NCBI GenBank assembly: GCA_012026655.1
Contig: JAAILG010000268.1
Coordinates: 1 to 64,000, forward strand
DNA: 64,000 nt
From: Hydrolagus affinis
Lineage: Eukaryota
Direction: 5' to 3'
The notes beneath the pieces were generated by a model. It had not been told where the DNA came from and ran no database searches. It saw only the letters and a program-made list of their open reading frames with translations. The translations under genes were made by a program, and so were the position numbers. How positions within the stretch are numbered: the first letter of the stretch is position 1; the number at the start of each line of letters is the position of its first letter. Shown piece by piece: positions 37,835-49,778 of this stretch.

Positions 37835-39505
37835 TGCACTTGTGAAAGTCACAAACGTTACCCTCTCTATCTGTGACCAGGGCTCACTCTGCCTCCTTGT
37901 CCTCCTGGGCCTTTCTGCCGCTTTCGACACAGTCGATCACACCATCCTCCTCTATCGCCTGTCCTCCGTCATCCACCTCAGTGGGACCCCACTCGCCTGG
38001 TTTGAGTTCCTACCTCACAAACCACCAAAAATGTATCTCCACAAATGGTTTTTCCTCCCACTTTCTCCCAGTTACCTGCGGGGTACTCCAAGGATCCATC
38101 CTTGGCCCCCTTCTCTTCCTTATCTACATGCTCCCTCTTGGGGATGTCATCCGTAAACATGGGGTACACTTCCACATGTATGTGGATGACATCCAATTCC
38201 ATTTTTCCACCTCACTTTGCAATCCCCCAGTCCCCTGATGTTCTGTCAGCCTGCCTGTCAGACATCAAGAGTTGGATGAGTGCGAATTTCCTTCAGCTCA
38301 ATGTTGACAAGACGGAAGCTATACTCTTTGGCTCTCATTGACGTCTTCAATCCCATGACTCTTACCTCCTCCACCTACCCGACCTTCCCCTAAAACTCTC
38401 CGAACCCGTAAGCAACTTAGGAGTCAGGTTCAACCCCCAATTATCCTTCCTCCCCCACATCTGGTCCCTCACCAGCATCGCTTTCTTCCATCTCCGACGC
38501 ATCGCCCGTCTTTGCCAATATCTCACCCCAAAAGCCGCTGAAACCCCCCCTCCTGCCACCACCACCACCTCTCCGAACTGCTGTCCCACTATGAACCTCC
38601 CTGGCCCCTCCATTCAGTGGGCTCCGGCCGGCTCCGTGTTCTACCATCAGCGGACGGGTTTTCAGGCTCTCTGCTCTGACACTGTGAAACTCTATCCCAC
38701 AGTCACTTTGCCTCGCTCTCTCCCCCTCCTCTTCGACTGTGCCTTCTGCTGCCCTCCCAACTCTCTCCCTCCCCTCGTAACTCTCTCCCGCCTCTCCCCC
38801 CTGCCCTACCCCTCTCCCTTGCTCGGGTCCCGTCCTGACTGTTTAGTGCCTTGGGACAACCTCCCAAGGTGAAAGGCGCTCTATAAATGTAATTTTGTTG
38901 TTGTTGTTGAAACATTTGTCATCGTTCGGCTGGACTATTCAAATACCCTCCTCGCCAGGCCCCCTCCCCACACCCCTCCCCGCCACCGTTCACAAAATCC
39001 AGGTTATCCAAAATTCTGCCGCCTGCATTCTCACTCGTATCAAACTTCACTCCCCAATTACCCCAGTCTTTGCCAGACTTCACTGGCTCCCTGTCTCGGA
39101 GCAGATCGATTTCAACATGCTCACTCTTGTTTTCAAATCCTTCCACTCCTCTGCAACCCCCTACCTCTCTGACCCCCTCTCTCCTCACAATAGCACCCCA
39201 TTGCCTTCGCTCTACTGGGTCTGGCCTCCTCCTTGTCCCCCGAATCCTCTGTTCCACATTGGCGGCCATGCCTTCAGCCACCATGCCCCGAGGCTCTGGA
39301 ACTCCAATCCTCACTCCCTTCACCTTGCCCCCACTTTTCCCATTTTTAGGTCATGGCTAAAGACCTGGCTAAAGATCTTTTTGACCACACTTTTGGTCAC
39401 CTTTCACCCCTTCCTCCTGGCTCTGCCCCAGGATCTGTTATTATGAAGCGCTTTGAGGCGCCATCCGGTATGGAGGGCACTATATAAATCCAAGTTGTTG
39501 TTGTT
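37835..39505 (+). mobile_element. L2 LINE RT domain to 3' tail, frameshifted and interrupted at 38545-38907
   Basis: LLVLLGLSAAFDTVDHTILL, GVLQGSILGPLLFLIYM, FHMYVDD, LSDIKSWMSANFLQLNVDKTE and LHWLPVSEQIDF; (GTT)n tail. Confidence 0.95.
38545..38907 (+). mobile_element. Younger L2 3' fragment nested in the older L2
   Basis: Has its own 3' UTR and (GTT)n tail, and is flanked by tgaaac (38539-38544 and 38908-38913). Confidence 0.8.
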
Positions 39506-39509
39506 ATTG

Positions 39510-39840
39510 TAATTAATAATAATCCTTGCATTTGATATAGTCTTCGAAATGTCTCAAAGTGCTTCACTGAATTTACTGTGAAGTAAATTGGTTGTATATT
39601 TTTGTGGGCAAAAAGTGGCAGCTGTGCACAGCACTGTCCTATGAGCAGTTGTTTTTTGAAGGAATTATTATTCCCCCGAAAAAGCAATCTGCCAATTGAC
39701 TAATAACAGGATTCCTACTTATTGCTAGGTAAACAGAGCCAAGTGGAGTCAGGACACTCGCCCAACATTTCGTCCTGCCAGGAATCAAACCCATGTCTCT
39801 CATGTGCAAGTGCTCTAACGACTGAGCGAGGGGACTCCAC
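39510..39840 (-). mobile_element. tRNA-derived SINE, long-body subfamily
   Basis: Tail aataataatccttgcatttgatatag; head (reverse) cgctcagtcgttagagc and ggtttgattcc. Confidence 0.85.
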
Positions 39841-39879
39841 AATGCCCCACTTACAGCCGTGAAGTGAATTTTACATGGA

Positions 39880-40050
39880 GAATTTGGGGCCAGGATACCA
39901 GGAGAAACTCCTTTCTCTTTTCAAAAAGTGCCATGAGCAATTTAGGGTTTACCTCAGTTTAATGTCTCATCTGAAGAATGGAATCTCTAGCAATACAGCA
40001 GACCCCCAGTTCTGTGCTGAAGCATCAGCTTAGACAGTGGGCTCAAAGCC
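39880..40050 (-). mobile_element. Deu-domain SINE fragment
   Basis: ggccaggataccaggagaaactcc..ctcagtttaatgtctcatctgaag. Confidence 0.65.
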
Positions 40051-41239
40051 CCAATGTAGTTCTAAAAATCACTCAAACAAAAACATTGTTCTGAAGCATA
40101 AAAGTCTACTTCCCACATCATCTTTTATAATATTTTAGATCAATATGATAAAGTGGACAGAAGGAACTTCTTCAGCCAAATTAATCTTATGATTGTGCAA
40201 TCTTACCTCACCGTGGAAGGTATATTTAGTTCAATCTAATGGATACAAATATTTATTAATAATAATAATCCTTTTATTTGGGATAGTGCATTCCCATCAG
40301 CAGGATGTCCCAATGCACGTTATAGGATTATACTGAAAGGTGGAATGACTGAATCGTGGCAAAACATAAACCTTTCATTTTGGATTCTTGGGCTCAAACT
40401 TCCTTCTCTTCAGTTGTAAGTTCCTATTAACTGTAAAATGATTTATTAGAAACACTACAAGATCAGTGGATAACTGCTTTCATTGAAACAGAAAAGGTGA
40501 AGAGGATGCAAGGTAAAGTTTTGCACCTTGTTTGAGGAGGGGATGAGAGAATACCAAGATATATTTCTTTGATGACAAACCTGGTATTCACCAACCAGCA
40601 ATCAAATACATTGCCGTGATTCTGGCTACTGGTTATGTGTTCACAGTAAATCCAGACATAAAAATCAATAGAAACTCTTAACCTCTGACCTTGCAGAGAT
40701 ATCCTGTGCAGAAAGTATCAAATGATTAAATATGAAACACTCACCAGTGTTTTAGTTGTCTAAGTGGATCTCCCCTGGGAATTTTATGTTGATTTGTATT
40801 GATATGCCCTATTCAAATGGCATACTTAACTTGATTTGGACAAATCTAATCACAATTAACTGTGACCAATTCCAATACTTATACACTATATATACATGGT
40901 GATTGGTTAATACTGATGTAGAGGTGAATTAAATCTGAGATGCATTTCAAGGCATTGGTCTTTTCTGGAGGAGTTGAATTTTAACATTGCCAATGACACA
41001 ATGTTCCTTACATTAAGCAGTGACAGATGAAGCATGTGGAGGGTTTCAGGGTGGAGGAGAAGAGGTTGGCTAACTGATTGACAAGATCATAGATAGCATT
41101 CTTCAACTGACCAAACTGTCTTCCATTCCCTGCTGCTAAAGTGCGTCAAGTGTTCAATTATACCTGGAAAATACAAGATGAAAATGGCTTTTGTTAGAGC
41201 TTCAAAAAGGTGGCCCAGAGCCAGGGGTTAAAAAAAAGT

Positions 41240-41550
41240 AGTCTGTCATTTGATGTAGTGCCTTTCACCTCTCAAAGCGCTTAATAGGATTTACTGTAGT
41301 GCGTAGGTACTATGTATTTTGTTGACAAATTCGTAGGCAATTTCCACACAACAACAATTTCTGCCTTGCACACGAGAGTAACCAATAATACTTGGAGTAT
41401 TGTTGGCCAGGGAGGAAGCCTCTTCTCTTTTTTGAGTAATGCTATGGGATCTGTAAAGTCTGTCTGAATATACTGACATGAACTTAGTTTAACACCTCAT
41501 CCAAAGGATGACACCTCCGACAGTGCAGCGCACCCCAGCACTACAATGGA
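41240..41550 (-). mobile_element. Deu-domain SINE
   Basis: gtttaacacctcatccaaaggatgacacctccgacagtgcagc is the reverse complement of the Deu core. Confidence 0.72.
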
Positions 41551-44500
41551 TTAGTAGAGGAACTCTGGGATGAAAATGGGTCGAGGATACTCAACGCACC
41601 TAATCAAGAGTGTTGTGGATGTTGCACCTATTACAGAGAAGATTTAAATTCATAACACGTTTTTTATTTCTTTTAGGGTAATAATGTCTGTCTTACACAA
41701 TCTGTGCCTTTCAGAGAGTAATAGATACCTACGTTATATGGCACACTAAATCCCTCTAAGTCACTGTCTTTAAAACAGCCTTAGTCACACTTTGATACAG
41801 TGCAGATTTTCCATTGTACATTCCTCCAGTAATATTCAATGTAAAAAGATACATTCGTACAGTATAACAACACAGTTTCACTATCTGTCATGAAGAATCC
41901 TTGTGGTATCTTCTCTTGTTTCACTTTGCTGAACAGTGAATGGCCCATATACTTGTGTTATTTCAAATAAACAACATGTTTTATTCTTATCCAGTTACAT
42001 AAAGAGAGCTTTCCGTATTTTGAATAGAAAATAATACTCTAAGTACTTTAAAGATCGGAAAGAAAAACACTGTAGTTATAGACTACAAGAATTTGAGCAT
42101 CTTAAATATGTGCGATTCATTTGCAAAAACTGTGCATGGTAGTTCAACCACTATATTAAGCATGACAATTTCCCTGATTTATGTGAGTATATACAGTATA
42201 TCAAAATAATAAAAGCTGATTTGGACTGTGTTTACAATATTGTACTATTATTCAAGACATTATGAGCTGCAATGATGAAAATCAAGTAGTTTTACAAAAC
42301 TTTGTGAATACCATAATTGGATTACAATTTTGTAACAACTTGTCCAATTTGCCTATTATTTATAATATATCTTTCATAATTATAATAATGATCATTGAAT
42401 TTGATATAGCTTCTTTCACATTGGCTGGATGTCTCAAAATGCTTCACAGGGTTTATCGTGATTGTGTATTTTGTAGGTGAAACTCTGTTCTATTAGGACC
42501 AAATAGTTTTTGTTATTCTGGTTCGGATATTCAATACTTACAGCTATTATTGGAAATAAACCCTCACTGAGGTGCTCCTACAGCCCTAGGGCAAGACCAC
42601 AAATACATACATTTTCAGCCTGTTCTGGGGATAATCAATGCTTTATAGTATTTTTACAGTTGTGATATATGACCAACTAGTGTTCTGTAATAGTGACAGA
42701 AAGGTTCATTGCTGAAAGGGTACAGAATTGATGAGTTGTTCCTCTGTTGCTAGCAGTTTCCTCTTTACATCGCAAGTGCACCATACAGCAAGCCGGTGTT
42801 AAGTTTTTCAGTTACACAGTAATATGATAGAACACTTCACCCAATACAGTATTTGTACCTTTGGTTCTCTCTCCAAATAAATGTCCGGCAAGCCAGTGGT
42901 TGTTCATTTGATTGGCTACTCCTTCAAGAGTAAAATTGACAATTAACAAATGGACTAATAAAAAGCAGGGCAGTAAGTACAGAATGATACTGCGAGTGGG
43001 TTTCAGGGTGGTGGAGATTCGAGTGTTTCGATTGACAAATAATGAAGCGTACCAACACACCCTTGATTTGAATCCAGTGATATTACATAGTTGAGCTACT
43101 TTTCTGCCTCCTCTTCCTACTCTAGAAGACGTGAAAAGCGCTCTATCAAATGCAAGGATTATTATTACTCTCAACATTGTAATGAATATGCTGATTTGAG
43201 GGGATACATGGCTCCCTGTAACTCATGTGTAAACAGAGTGTTTTACGGAGGACTGACCAGAGCTGACTGCAGCTGGTACTGCATTAGCTTCCTCTTGTTT
43301 TTCCTGGAGAAAGAAGGCGAGAAGGTGCACCGACTGAGATGCAGAGAAAAAACTCTAGCAAGATCACCTGAAGCACGGTGTTGGCTTGGTTATGTTGGCC
43401 TAACGAAGTTCACACCCAATTGCACATCTTCATCGCTGTATAACTATGGAACAGACTACATACATTCAGTTGGAACTCCTTGATTAAAGAAAAAGAATTG
43501 ATGAATTGATGCTTCATAAAGTAGCAGAAAAATATAGTTCGATACCAGCACGTTCTTTATTTTCAACTTATTTACTTTAGTTGGAAACAAAAAAATCTTA
43601 ATATTTGCCCTCAACTAAAACATATCATTTTTTATTAATTATTTATCTACTTTGTAACACAATTTTAATAATTGTAGCTTTTATTCAGTTCTGCCCAACT
43701 GAACAAGACCAATGTATTTCATGTGTCTGCTATGACACTGTGAGATAGTGGACAGCCTTTTCCAAAAGTAGGTCAAGTTGATAATGGCCCATGCATTTGC
43801 ACATTTACTCAGCCTCGTGGTTTTCATCAGATGAAAGAGAACATTCTTCAGTGTTGAGGCAACTGTTCAGAGCACTTAGCGCCGAACATGTTGGTGTCTA
43901 TTCCAGCCAAATCAGAAATGAGTCTTCATGCCAAAGGCTCTCAGAGTCAAACAAACAAACTATCTTTTTATCTTGAAAAGATAAGTCCATTCACATAGGT
44001 AAGCAGAAAATCCTCAATCTTACAATTGATATTTTTACGTCAGGGAACATTAACCCCTTGTGCCACATTGCTCTACTGCTCATTACACAGCAGGCTGTTT
44101 CTTTTTCTTTTTGAGTGCCTGTAGTGTGGATACAAAAAAAAGGATAGACTTTGAATTATTTGAGTGCAGCTGACTCTGAACTGACTTAGAGCTGAACTTA
44201 CTTAGCAAAAATATCTGATGTCTATAGAAGATGGCCTGTGGTGCTTGTTAGTTTATCGAAATATAACCCATTGCACGACTGGTTAGTGGTTTCTTTGCAT
44301 CAAAACACCAGCTCTCTTCGCATATTTTCACACAGATTTGTCTTAGTTCTTTATTTGCAATAAAAAGAAATGGAATAAGTGATTGAGAGTTCAGCACAAA
44401 TACTTTTCAAAGGCACTCTATTTTATCTCCCTTTGTAGAAACCACACTATTTTAACATTCAGACTCCTGTGAAAAAAAATTCCAATTGAAAAATGTCTTG

Positions 44501-44699
44501 AAATTATGAACATTTGGATGTTCCAACCTTTTAATCATTTAACAGTGACACATGCAATACATCCAAGAAACAGATTCAAATGCCGTTTTTATATTTACTA
44601 CAGCACTTGGAATTGTTGCTCTCAGTCATTGCTAAGGGTCTTGCATAGACGATCATGATATTTCAAATGGATGCTCAGCTATTCAAATGAAGGCATAAA

Positions 44700-46060
44700 A
44701 GCAAAGAACATTTTGGTACAGAAGGAGGCCATTTAGGCCATTGTGCCTGTGCTGGTTCTTTGAAAGCATAATCCATTCAGTCCCATTTACGTGCTTTTTC
44801 CCCAAATCTCTTCAAACTCCTCCTTTTTAAACATCTATCTAGTTTCCTCTTTGTGTCCAGATAAAAAACAACAACTTGTATTTATAATGCACCCTCCACA
44901 CCGGATGGCAGCTCAGAGCACTTCACAATGGTGGAGCCTGAGACCAAGCCAGGGGAAGGGGGAAGGTGTCCGTAGGTACGATCGAAGAGGATAATCTGAA
45001 GCTGCAGAAGGAGGGGTTGAGGCAAAATGGTTGAGGTAGGGAGTTCCAAAGTTTTGGGGCATAGTGGCTGAAAGCACGGTAGTGGAGCAGAGAATTTTGC
45101 TGACAGGTAGGAGGCTGGATCCAGTGGAGTTTGGGGGGTGCCAAAGAATGGAAAGAATCAGACACTAGTGTAAGGATGTTGAAGTTGATCTGCTCTGTGA
45201 CAGGGAGCCAGTGGAGATTGGCAAGGACTAGGGTAATCAGGGTACGAAATTTGGTGACTGTGAGAATGCGGGAGACAGAGTTTTGAATAAGCTGAATTTT
45301 GTGAATAGTGGAGGAGGGGAGATCGGTGAGGAGAGTGTTAGAGTACTCAAGCCAAGAGGTGAGAAAGGCATAGACAAGGGTTTCAACAGCTCTTGGGGTA
45401 TTTTCAGAGATGGGCAATTTGGCAAAGGTGGAAGAAAACATTGCTGTGAGTGAGGAAGGATAACTGGAGATCGAACCTGACCCCTAAGTTCCACATTGGT
45501 TTGGAGAGTTTTAAGGACAGTTCGGATAGGTTAAGGAGGTCGGAATCATTGGACAGAAGACTTTGATGAGAGCCAAAGAGTATAGCTTTTATCTTGTTGA
45601 TGTTTAACTGCAGGAAATTTGCCCTCATCCAGCTCTTGATGTCCGACAGACAAGCTGACAGAACATCAGGGACTAGCGGTCGCAGCTGGAGGTGGAAAGG
45701 TAGAGTACAGTGTCACCTGCATACATGTGGAAGTTAACCCCATGTCTGCGGATGACACAAGGGAGCATATAGGTGAAGAAGAGAAGGGGGCGAAGGTTGG
45801 ATCCTTGGGGTACCCCACAGATGACCGGGCAGAAGCTGATCTCAACTACCCTCCTGGTAACCTGTTCCAGTCAGTTGATTACTCTCTGTGTAAAGAAAAC
45901 CTTCCTGATATCTGACGTAAAAATGCCCTTTCCAACTCCAAATCTATGTCCCTTGTTTCTTGTCTTGTAATTGTTCTGGGTTTTCTATTCCAATCCCATT
46001 TAAAGTTTTGTAAGCCTCTCTGAGGTCCCTACTGAGTCATCTCTGAAGGCTGAAGAGCCC
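44700..46060 (-). mobile_element. CR1 3' fragment (44700-44855 and 45840-46060) split by an L2 insertion
   Basis: The CR1 terminus acagaaggaggccatttaggcc continues after the L2 as ctgttccagtcagttgattactctctgtgtaaagaaaaccttcctga. Confidence 0.65.
44865..45830 (-). mobile_element. L2 LINE RT to 3' tail, frameshifted
   Basis: Minus-strand [49 protein letters not shown] and LHWLPVTEQINF; tail reads caacaacttgtatttata on the plus strand. Confidence 0.93.
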
Positions 46061-46507
46061 TGGCTACGAGTAAACTGATAGGGAGAATGATTCCCCCACC
46101 TCCAAGAGCAGATGAAGATAATACCAACAAACAACAAAATTACATATATAGAACACTTTTCACATCTGGAGAACGTCTCCAGATCAATCAGTGTTCCAGC
46201 AACAATGGACGCATCACTCAGCCCTAGTTCATCACCAGGGACTTGTGGATATCCCCACCAAGGTTAGAACAACTCCCTGTTAAGCATAATGGGCAAGTGT
46301 AGCTTTGCCTCCAGCCACAGATCAAAGTTACTCACCATGACCATGTGAAATGCACTTCAGGCTGGAAAAACTACAAAGTGTATGTACAAAGGGATGTTTT
46401 CATTATTAATGATGATAATAATCCTTGCATTTGACATTGCGCCTTACTTATCACATCATCGAACTCCATCAAAGCATTTTACAGGAATTTACTGTTAATA
46501 CTATATA

Positions 46508-47206
46508 TAGTAGAAGCCCGTTTATCCGGCACCCGCGGGACCTGGCCAATGCCTATTAAAGTGCCTGCCGGATATTTGGGCAGCCCGCGACCGAAAACCC
46601 ACTACAAAAAAATTAAAGTTCTTTTAACACACACCATACACCCCAGACTAAGTAATGGCAGATGGTAACAGAATGTTGTGTTGGTGCTTATTGTTGGGGC
46701 TGCTTTCTTGCACTTCTCACCTTTGCTGATTGGGGTTTGCAGTCCAGCTATTCTTTTTTGGATGGGGGAAGCCAGGCAGGTGAGGGAGGCGACTTTACTA
46801 GCTGGAAGCCGAAGCCCTAGACTCTACTAGCGGCAAACCGAAATATTGCACCTGCATGGCAATGTGGGTTATCGGCTTGCCACTAGTATGACTTTGAAGT
46901 CATACGCACTCCGTTTTTTTCGCCTACTTGGCGTGCTCCATTTTGGGGGGAGTCACTGGACTATAAACCTCAACTGCAGCCTCATGGCTTCAAGCGCAGC
47001 ATCTATCAGCGGGAGTGAGGGGCGCAAGAGAGTGGTTTTGATGGTGGGTGCCAATACAATGTTCTGTTATTATTTATGCATTTACAAATGCTCCACTGCT
47101 ATTGTTCCGGATAAGTTCCGGTTTATCAAATGGGGACTGTTTGTTTTGGGTGTGGGTTATACGGAAATGCCGGTGCATCGAGTCATGGATAAACGGGCTT
47201 CTACTG
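46508..47206. mobile_element. Non-autonomous Tc1/mariner-superfamily (pogo/Tigger-like) DNA transposon, about 700 bp
   Basis: 20-bp TIRs tagtagaagcccgtttatcc (46508-46527) and ggataaacgggcttctactg (47187-47206), TA on both sides, and a CpG-rich interior. Confidence 0.88.
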
Positions 47207-47614
47207 TATTTGTAAGTTAACCCAGCAGGCAATTTGCATGCAGCAATGTTCCACAAACAAATGACCAATTTTTCCTGAAGAATTGTTGGCCAGGATGGTT
47301 CTGGTCCATAATTCTGCCTAATAACTGTCGCTTGTTGCCAGCATTGTTTTGAAAGGTACGACCGAGCCCAAATAACTTGAAATACACACAAATTTGATCT
47401 TTGTCCAAAATGTCATGCTGTTTGAAACAACAAATGCATAACTGGCCCTGGTTACGGAAAAGTAAAGCATTTCTAACACAAGCTGAATCACATCTTTATG
47501 CTACACAAGAAGAAAAGGTTACTTCAAATAATTATAGTAAACATAATTAAAAATCTTTTCTTTATCTTTCCAAAGGTGAGCATGTGCCACAAACACTTGT
47601 AAAAATATTTTTTA

Positions 47615-47935
47615 AATCCCTGCGTTTGATAAAGCAGCTAATCAAGTCTTTGAGAATTCTCAAAGTGCTTCACAGAATATACTGTAAAATAAATTGACTT
47701 TATTTTGTGGGTGAAACACGGCATTGTCCCAGAAACAGTCATGGAGTGAAAATTATTTTAATATTTTTGAAGGGATCATCACCCCAGAAAAGTGATCCAC
47801 CAATCAACTAACAGCCAGGTTCCTACTGATTGCTAAGTAAACAGAGGAAAACTCTCCCAACATTTCATCCTGCCCAGGAATCGAACCCAGGTCCTCTTGT
47901 TTGTGGGACGAGTGCTCTAACCACTAAACTACAGA
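47615..47935 (-). mobile_element. tRNA-derived SINE, long-body subfamily
   Basis: Reverse head tagtttagtggttagagc / gggttcgattcc, with the shared body and tail. Confidence 0.85.
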
Positions 47936-48204
47936 TGAATAATATTTGGCAGATTAAAATTATAATCTTCTAAGTAAGTGAATCCACACCTGTACACTAT
48001 TGCGTACTTTATGCCAGAATACTGAAACAATTCCAAGCAAATCGAAGGCATTTAAGTCTATTACAAACAATGCTTCATCATCACTGTTACAATTCCAAAT
48101 CAATTTGTTGTTTAGCTAAATGCATCAATTTACTACTTTGAATGTAATTCGATCATTTAATAAATCTTGATAGTTTAAATGTCCTTGACCTTTCCACTGG
48201 CCAG

Positions 48205-48428
48205 TTGTTGCTATGTAAATGCAAGGTGATTGGGTTAGATCTGAGCAAGGGAGAAAGGGGAGGTGACCACAGGTGCAATTGAAAGGGTAAGTCTTAAAGT
48301 GGGATATAAAGAGGACCTGAAGCAGATGGATTGAGGTGGGTAATTCCAGGAGTTAGGGGCTTCGCGGTTGATGGAATGGTCACCAATGGTGGCATGGAGA
48401 GGTCCAGTGGGCCACACAGTAGGCCTGT
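48205..48428 (-). mobile_element. Degraded L2 3' fragment
   Basis: The reverse complement resembles the end of L2 ORF2 (TIGDHS..APNSWN) and its tail. Confidence 0.6.
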
Positions 48429-48430
48429 GT

Positions 48431-48518
48431 CCCAGGTAGCAAGCCCATGTGGGGCCCATATGGGCATGGATCAACCCAAATTGTCCCATATGGGGCCCAT
48501 ATGGGCTTACTACCTGGG
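48431..48518. mobile_element. 88-bp palindromic MITE with CCC...GGG ends and a 2-bp TSD
   Basis: cccaggtagcaagcccat / atgggcttactacctggg, internal cccatatggg repeats, and GT on both flanks. Confidence 0.75.
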
Positions 48519-49599
48519 GTTAGCTGAGCAAAAGAGTGACGTTGCTTCTCCAGCCTTTCTCTATGTTGGAGAAAGCACCACTGTAAATATGGAATGGCCA
48601 TTGTAACCTTTACCAGGCATTTCTTCCCATGCAGAAATAGGTCAAAAGGTGAACGGAAGAGGTTTTGCATGAACTCTTAACAGTTGACTCGACTAGAATC
48701 GACACCATCCTGTTCTACACTGAGTGCTCTAATCACACTTACAGCTGCACCAAAGAATATTGCCTTTGGGTTGATGACAAAATATGGGGTTGAATATATG
48801 CAGAAATGTGGAGCATTAACAAATTGACCTACTTTTACAAAAAGTTTCTCTACAAAACTATAGTATCACAGTGTGCGAGTGAAATGCATATGGCAACCTG
48901 AATGGAAGAATGGAAAGATTGCAGGAGCTTTCGATTGGAAGGAAACTTAAGCAACAATGTGGGTGTCTGAAGGAGTGAGCAAATTGTCTGTTACATGTGC
49001 CTACAAAATACAGTCACACGCTTTACAAATGATTCTGAGAAGTGCTTTGAGATATTTTACAATGTTTTAAGGCACTTTAGCAAATGCAAGGATTATTATT
49101 ATTATTATTATTGTTATTATTATTATGATATAAAAAAAGATTGAATTGGACATGTATTTCCAGATTATTAGAATTTTGAATGCTCTGCGATGTGAAGTTG
49201 TTGACTGAGTCTTGTGCTCAAATTGGCTGCCTCATTGGTTTTCAAAAAAAAGTCACTACATTTTACATCGTCCAGTCACTGACTGCTTTACCAGTAGAAA
49301 TAGCCTCATCCTATTTAACCAGTCAAAACCCCATCATAGTTTTGTATATCACAAAACCTCATGAGTCTTAGAATGTTGTGACTTTATTAATTTAATCGAA
49401 ACAGAACAAGTAGAATTTAAGAAGATTCAGAGTATAACTACATGTACCGAGCTAAATACAAGCTTTGGCAAAAGGTAAAATGAAATGAAAGAAAGCAGCC
49501 CCAAAGTAGAGCCTGAGAATCCCAGGGTTTCTGAGGTATCTCTAAGATGGAGTAAATCAGCATGACTTGGGACAGTCCTTTGAGACATTTACACATATA

Positions 49600-49778
49600 T
49601 ATTAAAAAAAACCTGTGGTCACTCAATCCATGACTGTGTGTGGGACACCATCGTGTGCAATTGGCTGCCAGGTTTGCCCACAAAATACAGTCAATCTACT
49701 TATATATTCTGTGAGGTGTTTTGAGGTGGCTCAATGATGTGATAAGGTGCTATATCAAATGCAACAATTATTATTACA
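49600..49778 (+). mobile_element. 5'-truncated tRNA-derived SINE
   Basis: Shared body ggtcactcaatccatgactg.. and tail. Confidence 0.8.

Noticed and set aside
37842-39446. Functional reverse transcriptase gene
   Set aside because: Multiple frameshifts, 5' truncation and a nested insertion.
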